A stretch of DNA of 38,168 nt from a virus (lineage: Duplodnaviria; Caudoviricetes): positions 1-38,168 of IMG/VR virus record IMGVR_UViG_3300026125_000440; one strand, 5' to 3'. This document shows, piece by piece, positions 16,453-26,764 of this stretch (position 1 is the first letter of the stretch; each line of letters opens with the position of its first letter). Position numbers and translations under genes: made by a program. The notes under the pieces were generated by a model. That model made no database searches. It was given only the letters and a program-made list of their open reading frames with translations, and was not told the DNA's origin.

Positions 16453-17301
16453 ATGAGTGATAAAGTAATGGGTAACGGATACCTATACCGAACAGAACCA
16501 TGGGAAGATATATTCGCCAACCCTAAAGAAGAAGTAGTTTATTCAATGGATGATATCGTTAGTGTTAACTGGGGCAAAGATGAATACCCAGTTAACCCAG
16601 CATTAAGAAAAATTAATGCTACATTTAACGACATTCATGCCCAAGTATGGGAAGACTTAAAAGAACACCGTGATACTATACTACAGTTTAGAAAAACGTA
16701 TTACCAAAAGACTGATAGGTTTATCATAGTCTACCCTAGCGGAGACAACCATCGTGTTAAAAATGTTGCTCCTCCAAGATATGTATCTATTATGAATTAC
16801 AATAATGATATGTTTGGTAACGTTGGTTTAACTACGATGCTACACCCGCCAACAGGAACATGGATGTACTTACATGAGGACAAACCCAGGTCACCTGCTA
16901 TCGAGGAACTAATATCACGTATTGTTAAGGAAGTAATTCCAGAGCATGAGCAAGACCCTGAGATATTCAATCAAAAGTACAAGATTGAATCCGCACTATC
17001 ATTTAAAGGCCCTGGATGTTTGTTGAACAGACATTGTGACCATGATGATGATAATGGTTATGTACGATACCACGCAATTCTAAATACACATGACAAGAAC
17101 TATATGGTCACAGGCAATACACCAGCAGACGATTATATTGTTGCTCCACAAGTGGGTGAAATTTGGGGTTTTGATGTATCGAAACCTCATTGGGCAGGCA
17201 ATGATGCTCAGGAAGAAAAAGAAGAGTTGCTTTCATGGCATCTTATCATTGATGTACTAGAGAATTCACGTTACCAGCAAGGAAATAGAAACATCAAATG
17301 A
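16453..17301 (+). CDS. Fe(II)/2OG oxygenase-like protein with N-terminal extension
   Basis: GPGCLLNRHCD...RYHAIL...GEIWGFDVSKPHWAGN...HLIID. Confidence 0.7.
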   Translation: MSDKVMGNGYLYRTEPWEDIFANPKEEVVYSMDDIVSVNWGKDEYPVNPALRKINATFNDIHAQVWEDLKEHRDTILQFRKTYYQKTDRFIIVYPSGDNHRVKNVAPPRYVSIMNYNNDMFGNVGLTTMLHPPTGTWMYLHEDKPRSPAIEELISRIVKEVIPEHEQDPEIFNQKYKIESALSFKGPGCLLNRHCDHDDDNGYVRYHAILNTHDKNYMVTGNTPADDYIVAPQVGEIWGFDVSKPHWAGNDAQEEKEELLSWHLIIDVLENSRYQQGNRNIK

Positions 17302-17795
17302 ACGAGTTTATGACTCACATACATTTTGATTATAACAAGGAAGCGTTATTGAAAGAATTTGATAACGCTAACCTTTCCGTTTATACACCTAGTAGAAAGA
17401 TTAACGAACAATCATGGTTCAATAAAACTGACACTTGGTTAACTGCGGTTGCCGATGAACAATCATCTGAAATGTATAGAATAAAATGTATGTTAGAAGA
17501 CACATTCAATGAACCGGTGACAGCAAAATTCTTTCTATTAAAAGAAAATGAACATATACCTCCGCATAAAGATATGGGTCATAGAGTATGTATAAACATA
17601 GTATTATCCAACGATGCTGCCCCAGTGAAATTTAAAGATGGACCAGAAGAATCTTACGAGTGTGCAATGTTAAATGTTTTTAAACGACACGAAGTACTAC
17701 CCGGACCAGAAAGAAAAATGGTGAAGTTTCAAATAGGCGAGAACCTATTCTATAGAGACGCACTACAAATATGGGAAAACGGTACTAATGTATGA
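17298..17795 (+). CDS. Fe(II)/2OG oxygenase-like (cupin) protein
   Basis: IPPHKD...CINIVL...LNVFKRHEV....RKMVKF. Confidence 0.65.
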   Translation: MNEFMTHIHFDYNKEALLKEFDNANLSVYTPSRKINEQSWFNKTDTWLTAVADEQSSEMYRIKCMLEDTFNEPVTAKFFLLKENEHIPPHKDMGHRVCINIVLSNDAAPVKFKDGPEESYECAMLNVFKRHEVLPGPERKMVKFQIGENLFYRDALQIWENGTNV

Positions 17796-19239
17796 TATAC
17801 TACTTATTGCTATCCCAATAGGACGTACTGATACACGTCCTTTGCCTGCCATATTCCATCTAAAGTCATATCTTGAACTTCACGGTAAAACTGTAAAGTG
17901 CATCGAATGCCACAACCTAACAGATGGCGGAAACCCAGAGTTATTTGATAGGATGTATGAAGCAATCGAACCAGAAAAGGATAATGCCCCGTGGATTGGT
18001 ATATCGTTGCTCACTGACTACCAGGTGTCATTGGGCCTAGAAGTAGTCAGACGTTTAAATTTAGACCCAAATCGTATTATATGGGGTGGCCCCGGCACAT
18101 CACTTATTAACGAAAAATTACAACGCAAAGAGATAGATGCGGTTGATAACTTCAAGCATGTAATCTATGGTGAGGGCGAAATTGCCCTACTTGAATTTTT
18201 AAATGGTAATCTAGAGTATCCGGGCATCAATAGTGACCCTGTACAAATAGATGATTTGAATTCGTTACCTCCACCAGATTACGGTGATATCAATGTACCA
18301 ATGATTGCGTTAACTGGTTCTCGTGGTTGTGTGCGCAAATGTAAATTCTGTAATGTGCCATCTATATGGAAAAAGTATAGATATGTTGATGGTACAATTT
18401 TAGCAGAAAATGCTATTTCAGTAATACAAAAGAATCCGTATACTTCACACATAGCGTTCTCAGATTCGCTTATCAATGGTTCAGAACGTGAATTCCGTAA
18501 GATGTGTACTAGATTGAAAGAGCATAACTTATCCGAAGATGTAAAGTCAGGTAAACTTTCTCCTGTCACATGGGAAGCCCAATATATAGCACGTAGAGTA
18601 ACGGTAGACCATTATCAATTAGTAGTTGACTCAGGTTGTACTATGTTGAAAATAGGCATAGAATCTGGCTCAGAAAGATTACGTAATGAAATGGCAAAGA
18701 AATTCAATGACGAAGCAATGTATAATACATTGTTTGGATTTCTAAAAACTGACCCTCATATCAAACTAGTTCTTATGATAGTAGTAGGTTATCCGCAAGA
18801 AACAGAAGAAGATTTTGAAAAAACACTTGACTTCATGGACAGACTTAGTTACTATAACACTAGAATTAAAATGTCCCCTACCCTTATGTCCATCATACCG
18901 GGGACTCCTGTAGCAACGGAACATCCAGAGTTAATAGAAAATATAGAGTCGCACAACTTCAAAGACTACACGTTTGTAAATGAAAATGGAGATATAAGAA
19001 GTCGCGTAAAACGTCTCATAAAAATGGAAACTATGATTAAATATCATAAATACTGTTACGATATATCCATCGCAACACGCAAGGATTATTTCTTGTTTGA
19101 TGTACTCAAAGAGTTAGATGTTGATTACATGGATATATACAAAGAAGCAATTGACGATTTGATATCTTCCGGACGTTTACCAGATGATATCGAAGATATT
19201 TATGAGAATGAACTACCGTGGCCTGAGTTTCTATGGTAG
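17788..19239 (+). CDS. Cobalamin-binding radical SAM enzyme (class B methyltransferase-like)
   Basis: N-terminal B12-like domain (IGIS, IIWGG, GEGE); SRGCVRKCKFC; FSDSLING; IGIESGS; IVVGYPQETEEDF. Confidence 0.9.
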   Translation: MYDILLIAIPIGRTDTRPLPAIFHLKSYLELHGKTVKCIECHNLTDGGNPELFDRMYEAIEPEKDNAPWIGISLLTDYQVSLGLEVVRRLNLDPNRIIWGGPGTSLINEKLQRKEIDAVDNFKHVIYGEGEIALLEFLNGNLEYPGINSDPVQIDDLNSLPPPDYGDINVPMIALTGSRGCVRKCKFCNVPSIWKKYRYVDGTILAENAISVIQKNPYTSHIAFSDSLINGSEREFRKMCTRLKEHNLSEDVKSGKLSPVTWEAQYIARRVTVDHYQLVVDSGCTMLKIGIESGSERLRNEMAKKFNDEAMYNTLFGFLKTDPHIKLVLMIVVGYPQETEEDFEKTLDFMDRLSYYNTRIKMSPTLMSIIPGTPVATEHPELIENIESHNFKDYTFVNENGDIRSRVKRLIKMETMIKYHKYCYDISIATRKDYFLFDVLKELDVDYMDIYKEAIDDLISSGRLPDDIEDIYENELPWPEFLW

Positions 19240-19258
19240 TCAAAGGAGACAAACATAT

Positions 19259-19573
19259 ATGTATATACAACAACTTAGATTTACACGCGCAGACGTATCA
19301 TCATTAGGAATCGATGGTACGATAGAGGCTATCAATGCCGCGGCAAACCCAGAAATGCAAATACAATATCAGGCAATATTAGAAAGACACCTTGATGAAA
19401 ATCTTTATGTTTCACACACTATACAAAACAACACGTATATTGTAACTAGACACTGGAATTCCCAAGAAGAGTGTGAGTCATTTTTTGCGGCGTTGGGCAC
19501 TGTCGGACAAAGGTTGCGCCAAAGCATTGAAGGGACAGGATTCAAACTTGAGCAATTCTTCACTACCGTATAA
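19259..19573 (+). CDS. Small hypothetical protein
   Basis: AAGGAG 19243-19248 then ATG 19259 (MYIQQLRF...). Confidence 0.65.
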   Translation: MYIQQLRFTRADVSSLGIDGTIEAINAAANPEMQIQYQAILERHLDENLYVSHTIQNNTYIVTRHWNSQEECESFFAALGTVGQRLRQSIEGTGFKLEQFFTTV

Positions 19574-20045
19574 GTACTTTAAAGATAACAATATTCAAAT
19601 TTTCAGTTATCCTTTTGACCGAGAATTATTGCTATCTGAAATGAATAGGTTCCAGTCAGAATTTGAACCATACACAGACCATACAGGCGCGTTCATAGAA
19701 GATTGGACTATTGCTAGACACATAGAATTCGATTATGCAACAGAATTGTGTAAAAGGTTTGATATCGATGCAAAACCCAGATTTTACATTCAAAAACCTG
19801 GGTTCACCCTTCCTATGCATATAGACCGAGGAACACAATGTAGTATAAATGTTCTACTGTATTATAAGAATCCAGCACCGGTTAATATCGAAGACAAAAC
19901 ATACTACTATGATGCGTGTTTACTAAACACAACTAAACTACACGGTGTTACCACTGGTGATGAAGAAAGAATACTTTTCAAACTAAGTATATTCAACGAA
20001 GATTACGAATCCGTAGCAAGAAAAATAGTTAAATGTATTTTTTAA
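19548..20045 (+). CDS. Fe(II)/2OG oxygenase-like (cupin) protein, paralog of 17298-17795
   Basis: PRFY..PGFTLPMHID...CSINVL...LNTTKLHGV....RILFKL; probable TTG start at 19548 after AGGA. Confidence 0.7.
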   Translation: MSNSSLPYKYFKDNNIQIFSYPFDRELLLSEMNRFQSEFEPYTDHTGAFIEDWTIARHIEFDYATELCKRFDIDAKPRFYIQKPGFTLPMHIDRGTQCSINVLLYYKNPAPVNIEDKTYYYDACLLNTTKLHGVTTGDEERILFKLSIFNEDYESVARKIVKCIF

Positions 20046-21135
20046 GTTCTTTGACTAACTCGCTGTCCTTTTGTTTTGACAACACATCTATATAGTTTAC
20101 AGTTTTAGATTGGTCTGCTGGACTATTAACTATCTTTATCATATTTTCAAGCCATTTGATAGTATCGTCTAGGTTTACTATGTTCGCATCCGTATCTCTA
20201 ACCATGTCCATAGATTTGTACAAATCACTATCATCATTTGCGTACTTCAATGCATTGTATGATTCATCCATAACAAAGTTACCAGTAATAATTATAGGTT
20301 TCTTTGTCACTTCGAATATATATTTGAGATAACCTGAAAATTGTTTTACGCTGTATACACTTAATGTAGGACACAATATAATTTTTTGAACTTTGGGATG
20401 GATCGCATAGTACTCATAATTCTCTTTAAACGTTTCCCATCGTAATCCCCATCGTACAAGTTCTGCTAGTTTTCCAGTTGCTTCGTTGCTTATTGTCATA
20501 TAACATACCCATTTTTCCGGTAAATTATCAAGCAATGAATAAAACTTGTCTCTTCTATTGCCTTCAGTATTACAGTTTGTAATGATAGAAATAGTAATTT
20601 TGTAGTCTTTCAACTCTGCTATTAGATATTCCATAAACTTATAGAAATTAGGAGAATACGAAAGTTCGCCGCCCATAAACTTTAATGTGAATCTATCACT
20701 ATGGATGCTCTTAATCCACATTACAATCTTCTTATACTCTTCATCGGTAGAATTGTATATGATTTGCTCAGTGTTAAGTTCCTTTGCTATTCTATGGGAT
20801 TGAGCAGGGTAACAATATACACAACTCATATCACAAAAATTATCAAATTTCAATTCCAATAACCAAGGGCGTTCTTGGATATCGTCAACTGAATCCCAGT
20901 CATTAACTACATCTCTATATGAGGTGCCTGTGTGGTCGTATGAATTGTAGCAATGTTCACAATGGTCATAGTTTCTTACACCATTCTTGAGGTCATCACG
21001 GACCTTATCAATATAAGGATTCGAGTATATCTCGTTCTCGCTGAAAACTGTTCCAGGGCCAGATTTACAACAATATCTTAACTTGTTTTCAGATAAGTCA
21101 ATGTTGACTTCTTCCCAGGCTCTACTACATATCAT
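20029..21135 (-). CDS. Radical SAM protein with N-terminal twitch-like domain
   Basis: CSRAW..YCC..CEHC, then CDMSCVYC, MGGE, ITN. Confidence 0.88.
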   Translation of the reverse strand: MICSRAWEEVNIDLSENKLRYCCKSGPGTVFSENEIYSNPYIDKVRDDLKNGVRNYDHCEHCYNSYDHTGTSYRDVVNDWDSVDDIQERPWLLELKFDNFCDMSCVYCYPAQSHRIAKELNTEQIIYNSTDEEYKKIVMWIKSIHSDRFTLKFMGGELSYSPNFYKFMEYLIAELKDYKITISIITNCNTEGNRRDKFYSLLDNLPEKWVCYMTISNEATGKLAELVRWGLRWETFKENYEYYAIHPKVQKIILCPTLSVYSVKQFSGYLKYIFEVTKKPIIITGNFVMDESYNALKYANDDSDLYKSMDMVRDTDANIVNLDDTIKWLENMIKIVNSPADQSKTVNYIDVLSKQKDSELVKELKKYI

Positions 21136-21826
21136 CTTTTATAACCATAGACTTAAGTATATCATAAGATTGTGGCGAAACAGATATGAAGAACGTAAAC
21201 ACATCGTCTTCAAATGCTTCAGGATAGTGTAATTTACTGGTGTCCACTAAGTAAAGCCTGCCTGGCTCTATCTTTCTGTTTGTATGTGTGGTACCATCCA
21301 AGAACGTAAACAAGTAACCGTCAGGTTTGTTAGTTCCCCACAGTCTAATGTTCTCAAAAGGTGCAAATTGGTCTATATGTGGGTAGAAAAAAGATCCGGT
21401 ATTAAACCATATAATAGCAGACCTTTGCATATATGGTTTTAGCGGCTCTAGTGGATCAAAACATGACCAATTTAACGCCGGTGTATGTACTGTATAGTCA
21501 GGATCGAATGAAGATACGTTATGTCTGCGATTCCACACATCTAATGGTCCTACACACGCATCCCATTCATCCGGGTCCATTCGTCCGTCGGCATTGACCA
21601 AAGCAATACCCTTACGGAACATATGTGGATGTTTGTCTTTTGGTCCCCAATGTTTGAAGAGATGTTCGTTACCAAACATCTGCTGTTCAAACAATTCCAC
21701 ATCTAATTTTATATCTAACGGTACAAAATTTTCTGTAACAAGTTCGTTATATTTTTCTAAACTAACACTTTCTGCCATCTTACGGTTAGGCATCGCCATA
21801 TGCATTGGCTTAGGGTCTAAATTCAT
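21125..21826 (-). CDS. Fe(II)/2OG oxygenase-like protein
   Basis: GSFFYPHID...IRLW...GRLYLVDTSKLH. Confidence 0.65.
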   Translation of the reverse strand: MNLDPKPMHMAMPNRKMAESVSLEKYNELVTENFVPLDIKLDVELFEQQMFGNEHLFKHWGPKDKHPHMFRKGIALVNADGRMDPDEWDACVGPLDVWNRRHNVSSFDPDYTVHTPALNWSCFDPLEPLKPYMQRSAIIWFNTGSFFYPHIDQFAPFENIRLWGTNKPDGYLFTFLDGTTHTNRKIEPGRLYLVDTSKLHYPEAFEDDVFTFFISVSPQSYDILKSMVIKDDM

Positions 21827-21858
21827 TTACTTTTCCTTTTAGTTAAGTTATAGTAAAT

Positions 21859-22473
21859 TTATTTATGATATGTAACGTCTATGTTTTCCTTCTTGATACT
21901 GTAAAATACTTTGTCGTGGTCAGCATGGTGTACACGACGGTTTAGTTCAGAATCCTTGTAACCTACACCCATCATTAGTAGTACATCCTGTTCTGTACCT
22001 AGCAATTCTTTGATTTCATCCGAAGAAAAACATTGACAACAGCCAGTGCTGTAACCTAGCATAGTTGCCGTTAGGTTTAGATAACCAGAAGCAATACCCA
22101 ACGCAATGTTTGAATCTCGCTGAATAATTTCTACACTATGTTGTTCGTCTAGAGCATTCTTTTCTGCTATACGGTTACTCACTTCAGGTTTTGCTAGAAA
22201 TACAAACAAAGTATTTGCTAACACTTGACTGTTTGTAATAAGTTCACCGTTTAGTCTGAAACCTGTGGTTTTTTCGTGTAACTTTACAATCAACTCTCGA
22301 TTTTGAATGACTTTAACATCATAGAAAGCGCCATTTTGCTTACTAGGACATTGTGTTATCGCGTGAACCATCAATTCTAGGTCGTCTTCATTAATTTGCT
22401 TTGACAAATCCCAGTTACGCTGACAGTGTTGGCTCTTAATTACACTTTTTTGTATATTGGTCTTTAGTTCCAT
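21859..22473 (-). CDS. Nitroreductase-family flavoprotein
   Basis: QHCQRNWDLSKQI, CPSKQN, LGIASGYLNLTATMLGYSTGCC, MMGVGY; AAGGAGG RBS before ATG 22473. Confidence 0.8.
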   Translation of the reverse strand: MELKTNIQKSVIKSQHCQRNWDLSKQINEDDLELMVHAITQCPSKQNGAFYDVKVIQNRELIVKLHEKTTGFRLNGELITNSQVLANTLFVFLAKPEVSNRIAEKNALDEQHSVEIIQRDSNIALGIASGYLNLTATMLGYSTGCCQCFSSDEIKELLGTEQDVLLMMGVGYKDSELNRRVHHADHDKVFYSIKKENIDVTYHK

Positions 22474-22517
22474 TTGTTCCTCCTTAACCCTATTCAATAG
22501 GGCATCATTAGTATATG

Positions 22518-22540
22518 TATTTATACTTTTATGCTAAATA
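22518..22540. promoter_or_regulatory. Divergent late-type boxes
   Basis: TATAAATA on - strand (22518-22525) and GCTAAATA on + strand (22533-22540). Confidence 0.6.
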
Positions 22541-22561
22541 TGTAATGTAAGGAGAACAAAA

Positions 22562-23128
22562 ATGAAATACTTTCAACCAATAGTTGATTTACCGCAATTA
22601 AATCTACAAGCAGAAATGAATGAAATGTTATCCGAAGGTCTACTAGACTGGGGAGAATTCAATCAAATATGTATTAATTCAGTGCCAGGACACACAGACG
22701 ATTACAACTACGGGAGCAACAGTTTACATTATGATTGGGCTAAAATGACCGAAGTCAACGGTGAAATGATAGTTCCAGAACGAGAACATAAACTATCTGA
22801 GGGTGACTTCACAGAGTTATGCGATGTATTTGCCGGCACCGATTTCGAAACAATACACAACTTACTTGCGGGCCGATATATTTTAGGCAGAACCCGTCTA
22901 ATGCGTTCTCTTCCCAAAACATGTTTAACATGGCATAAGGATACTACATTACGACTACATCTTCCGCTAAAAACACAAGAAGGATGTTATATGGTAATTG
23001 AAGATGAAATATTACATCTAGCAGAAAATCGTTGGTGGCAGACTAATACAACAAAACTACACACCGCATTCAATGGAAGTAAAGAAGAACGTATCCACTT
23101 AGTCGCAGTAATTCTAGGCGAACGTTAA
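22562..23128 (+). CDS. Fe(II)/2OG oxygenase, Asp/Asn beta-hydroxylase-like
   Basis: GRTRLM..PKTCLTWHKD..RLHLPLKT...HTAFNGS..RIHLV. Confidence 0.82.
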   Translation: MKYFQPIVDLPQLNLQAEMNEMLSEGLLDWGEFNQICINSVPGHTDDYNYGSNSLHYDWAKMTEVNGEMIVPEREHKLSEGDFTELCDVFAGTDFETIHNLLAGRYILGRTRLMRSLPKTCLTWHKDTTLRLHLPLKTQEGCYMVIEDEILHLAENRWWQTNTTKLHTAFNGSKEERIHLVAVILGER

Positions 23129-24643
23129 TTACTCACTCCAAAATCTAGGGCCATCTGGGTTGTTCAAACGTTCTTCTGTAATCTCTATTGTACGTTGTGT
23201 TGTCGGTGAAGGTTTATAATGTGGGTCATGCATCTGTACTCGTGCGATAGATTCTTTCCAACGGCGTAAACGTGTAGCCATATCATTGTCTCTAAATTTC
23301 CAGTCCATAGCAGTATGATGCTCAAACGCATGTGGGTCCTCACCTTTTAGTATATCATACAAATCATGTTGTTCATTCAACAACAACGAATTACCAAACG
23401 TCCATCGCCACAATGGGTTGCCATTATCATCTTTTGCGTTTCCATAACCCAACTCGTATACTTTATCTATACCGCGCAAATTTTCTTGATGGTCTTCTTC
23501 CGTTTCAGTTGCGTAACCAATCAATATCAAACACTGCATATGAATCTTGTACTTGTTCAACATTTCAAATGTGTACCACACGTCTTCGTTGGTAAACTTT
23601 TTCTTCATGTGCCAGCGTACACTTTCACTAAAACTTTCTAATCCCATTACAGCATCTTCGCAACCGCTTTCTGACATAAGACGGTACACCCGTTCAGGCA
23701 TCTGGTTCTTCGGTCTGAATATCAAATGTGACATCCAACGGAATGGTTTATTCTTTGCGTTCTGCGCTTGCTTTATACGCTTCATTTCAATTAACAGTTT
23801 TTCATATATAGGCGGACTGCCATTCAACAAACTATCAGTAAAGTGTATGGTTTCTCTGTCATACTTAGTAACAAGTTCTTCTATTTGTTCTGCTACTTTC
23901 TCCGGACTTTTAAATCTATATGTGGGCCATATTTGATGGTCGTTACAGAATGTACACTGTCTTACACAACCGCGACTAGCAGACACAAAACATGTCTTAG
24001 GCGCCCACAGTTCATCGTACTCATTCCACTTAATATCGCTGTAATCTGGCGCCAAAGAATCGTCCAGAGGCGTTATTTCATCTATAGAGTGTATCTTGTT
24101 GATGCCAGGAAATGATGTATTACCTTTCAACAGTTCAAGTATTGCTCGTTCGCCGTCACCTTTAATAAAGAAATCTAATATACCTTCACGTACATAATGC
24201 GTTATTCCCTCATGTTGTATATTAGTTCCTCCCCATACAGTTTTAATATGAGGCAAGTATTGCTTAACAAGTGAAGTAATCTTTATGGCAGCCGCGGCAG
24301 AGAACGGTGATAGCAAACTAAATCCTAACCATGTGGGATTCTTGTCTTCTATCATACGTACCCATTTATGAAATATTTCTTTGTTGTCTTGATAAAATTG
24401 TTCCATTTCATCATTCAATGGAGAGCCCAAGTTATTACTAAACTTCATTGCTCCTTCACCATTGAAATAATGATACTCGTGTTCGCCGCGACTTTTCAAC
24501 TCATTATACAAATCTATATTGATATCGTACACTTCTGCCGCATATCCACTGGCCTCCAAATGTGCTTTAATAACCCCAGCACCAGCCGTCGGTGCGGCAG
24601 GTTCAACCATAGGCATGACTAATACAAGCATATCTAATGACAT
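23129..24643 (-). CDS. Cobalamin-binding radical SAM enzyme (class B methyltransferase-like)
   Basis: LGFS, VWGG, GDGE; SRGCVRQCTFC; FTDSLLNG; GLESFSE; IGYATETEED. Confidence 0.9.
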   Translation of the reverse strand: MSLDMLVLVMPMVEPAAPTAGAGVIKAHLEASGYAAEVYDINIDLYNELKSRGEHEYHYFNGEGAMKFSNNLGSPLNDEMEQFYQDNKEIFHKWVRMIEDKNPTWLGFSLLSPFSAAAAIKITSLVKQYLPHIKTVWGGTNIQHEGITHYVREGILDFFIKGDGERAILELLKGNTSFPGINKIHSIDEITPLDDSLAPDYSDIKWNEYDELWAPKTCFVSASRGCVRQCTFCNDHQIWPTYRFKSPEKVAEQIEELVTKYDRETIHFTDSLLNGSPPIYEKLLIEMKRIKQAQNAKNKPFRWMSHLIFRPKNQMPERVYRLMSESGCEDAVMGLESFSESVRWHMKKKFTNEDVWYTFEMLNKYKIHMQCLILIGYATETEEDHQENLRGIDKVYELGYGNAKDDNGNPLWRWTFGNSLLLNEQHDLYDILKGEDPHAFEHHTAMDWKFRDNDMATRLRRWKESIARVQMHDPHYKPSPTTQRTIEITEERLNNPDGPRFWSE

Positions 24644-25779
24644 TATGTTTTAAACTCTACCTTAACGTTTTGTTCTGCTTCGCGTTTCACCACGCCGCAA
24701 GTTCGCACACAACGGTGCATAACATTATCACCCGACCACGAATCAACTAAGTCTTTAGCAAAAAATGGGTGTGCTAGAATTTCATCCCAATCTTTATCAC
24801 GCAAGTTCAATTCTCCCTTAGGATAAGGCAATTCCTTGGATGATAGCGTTTTAAAGTTTTCGTACTCATCACTAATGTAACAACATGGGTAAACTTCCAT
24901 ACGACTATTTACATACAGTTTCTTATACCCTCGGTAGATACAATCTATATTGTAGTTTTCTGTTGGCAATGGTTTGTCTTCATATTTGTACCAATCACGC
25001 TTTGGTGGTTTACGAGTCTGTAGCCATTCCACCGTAATGTTATCTTCATCTACATCATTCATGTTGTACATTTTCTTTGCCATCTTGCCCATCTCTTTTA
25101 GGTTGGGATGACGCAAATCTTCACGCTCAGGGGGTTCTAGGAAGTGCGTGATGGCATCCCCAGTTTTGTTTAGTACTGGGAATCGTTTCCTAAAAATGTC
25201 GAATCTCGCTGTTCTACGGAGTCTGAAATCGTCTACTCCCATTTCGTTTGCTAATTCTTGACACTTTTCATACTCATGTTCGTTATGTTTGAATGCGAGA
25301 AAATCCCATCGTACATTAACAGGTGACTCACAGCAAATACGCATATGACTGAGTATTTTATCAATCTCTGTATTTTGTCTATACAAGTGATTTGTTTCTA
25401 TGCCGTCAACGCCAAAGGTCATTCGGTCTTTACGGTCTAGTATTCCAACAAGTCTACGCCACCAATCATCACTACGTAAACTACCGTTAGTGAACATTTC
25501 AATGTTGGCGCCCATGTCTTTAACCGCTTTGATTGCTTCAAATACATTCTTTGATGCTAGTGGGTCACCATGCGTTCCGCAAAAATACACAAAACGCAAA
25601 TTAGGTAGGCGTTCTTTATTAAATACTCGTTTTATTTCATCTATAGTCCAATCACTAATGCCTTGGTCTAATCGCAGTTCACCACCAAAAACATTTCGGG
25701 CACACATAGGACATGCGGCATTACAAGCGTTGGTTATTTCTACATGTAACTCTCGTACATTTTCTAATTCTAAAAACAT
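24643..25779 (-). CDS. Radical SAM protein with C-terminal twitch/SPASM-like domain
   Basis: CNAACPMC, FCGTHGDP, TNGS, VDG...NHLYR; C..PCC..CVRTC; GATAAATA (-) at 25805-25812. Confidence 0.9.
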   Translation of the reverse strand: MFLELENVRELHVEITNACNAACPMCARNVFGGELRLDQGISDWTIDEIKRVFNKERLPNLRFVYFCGTHGDPLASKNVFEAIKAVKDMGANIEMFTNGSLRSDDWWRRLVGILDRKDRMTFGVDGIETNHLYRQNTEIDKILSHMRICCESPVNVRWDFLAFKHNEHEYEKCQELANEMGVDDFRLRRTARFDIFRKRFPVLNKTGDAITHFLEPPEREDLRHPNLKEMGKMAKKMYNMNDVDEDNITVEWLQTRKPPKRDWYKYEDKPLPTENYNIDCIYRGYKKLYVNSRMEVYPCCYISDEYENFKTLSSKELPYPKGELNLRDKDWDEILAHPFFAKDLVDSWSGDNVMHRCVRTCGVVKREAEQNVKVEFKT

Positions 25780-25807
25780 AATTTCTCCATAGTATTATGT
25801 AAAATAT

Positions 25808-26764
25808 TTATCGTGGAACCCACTTGGTATTCCGCCACTCAGTAGTACAAATACAATCTCCTACGGAGCATACTACTGTTGGTTGTATCTCTGGCAATTC
25901 ATCTTCGTAAAAGTTAAACGTTGTGGTGCTGTCTTCTGTAAATGAGTTACGACAATTCATAAATGCCATACCGCGGTTATCTATCTGTAAATGCTCTATA
26001 GCAGAATTACAACGATAACCCGTAAAATTGCCCTTCATTAAGGCTCTGGCGTTTTCATCAAAATTTACATCACTTTCTGCCTCAGTAGAAAATGTAGTTT
26101 CATAACTACCAGCAATGATAGGGTCTAAATGTATATCACTAATATACTTAGGTAATGCACTGTAATCAAATGAATTGTTTTCCCAATTAAAATGGTCTAC
26201 TTGTATATTTTGATGTTGCGACCTTAACTCTCGTTCAACAAAACTATTCAATACTTCTATACTTTCATTAACATATTTAGGGTCTATTGCGACATTAAAT
26301 TGGTAAGGAATCTTATTCTCTTTGAGATATTCGCCCAACGTATACAAATGTTCTAAGTTTGCGAACTTGTAATGGACGCTAATATACAGCATAGAAAAGT
26401 ATCGTGCGTTCTCTTCCCACCAACGCATTGTACGACTGCCATTAGTAACCATTACATTGTGTCCGCCCAAAGAATCTATAAATCTAATGTATTCATGTAA
26501 GTGTTGGAACATACTAGGTTCACCGCCACTGTAACTTACTTTTATTGTCTTTACATTGGGTTTATGTTTTTGTACAAACTCTAAGTACTTGACTACATTA
26601 TTTTTAAATGTATCGTTGATAGGCGGTACATATCGTGTCCCAGCATTTGCTCCGGGCCAGCAATACCAGCACTTGTAATTACAATAATCAGATACCATAA
26701 TATCTAATGATGCCGTTTCAGTGTGGTTAGTTATAGAAGTTATTTTATGGTTGTTATATAACAT
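25808..26764 (-). CDS. Radical SAM protein, paralog of the intron-split gene
   Basis: CNYKCWYCWP, SGGEP, TNGSR, ISVH, C-terminal C..C..C..CIC; start 26764 TAATG-coupled to the upstream gene. Confidence 0.88.
   Translation of the reverse strand: MLYNNHKITSITNHTETASLDIMVSDYCNYKCWYCWPGANAGTRYVPPINDTFKNNVVKYLEFVQKHKPNVKTIKVSYSGGEPSMFQHLHEYIRFIDSLGGHNVMVTNGSRTMRWWEENARYFSMLYISVHYKFANLEHLYTLGEYLKENKIPYQFNVAIDPKYVNESIEVLNSFVERELRSQHQNIQVDHFNWENNSFDYSALPKYISDIHLDPIIAGSYETTFSTEAESDVNFDENARALMKGNFTGYRCNSAIEHLQIDNRGMAFMNCRNSFTEDSTTTFNFYEDELPEIQPTVVCSVGDCICTTEWRNTKWVPR

Noticed and set aside
19259-19573. RiPP precursor or RRE/PqqD domain inside the cluster
   Set aside because: No leader/core pattern, repeats or recognisable PqqD motif by eye; would need a structure search
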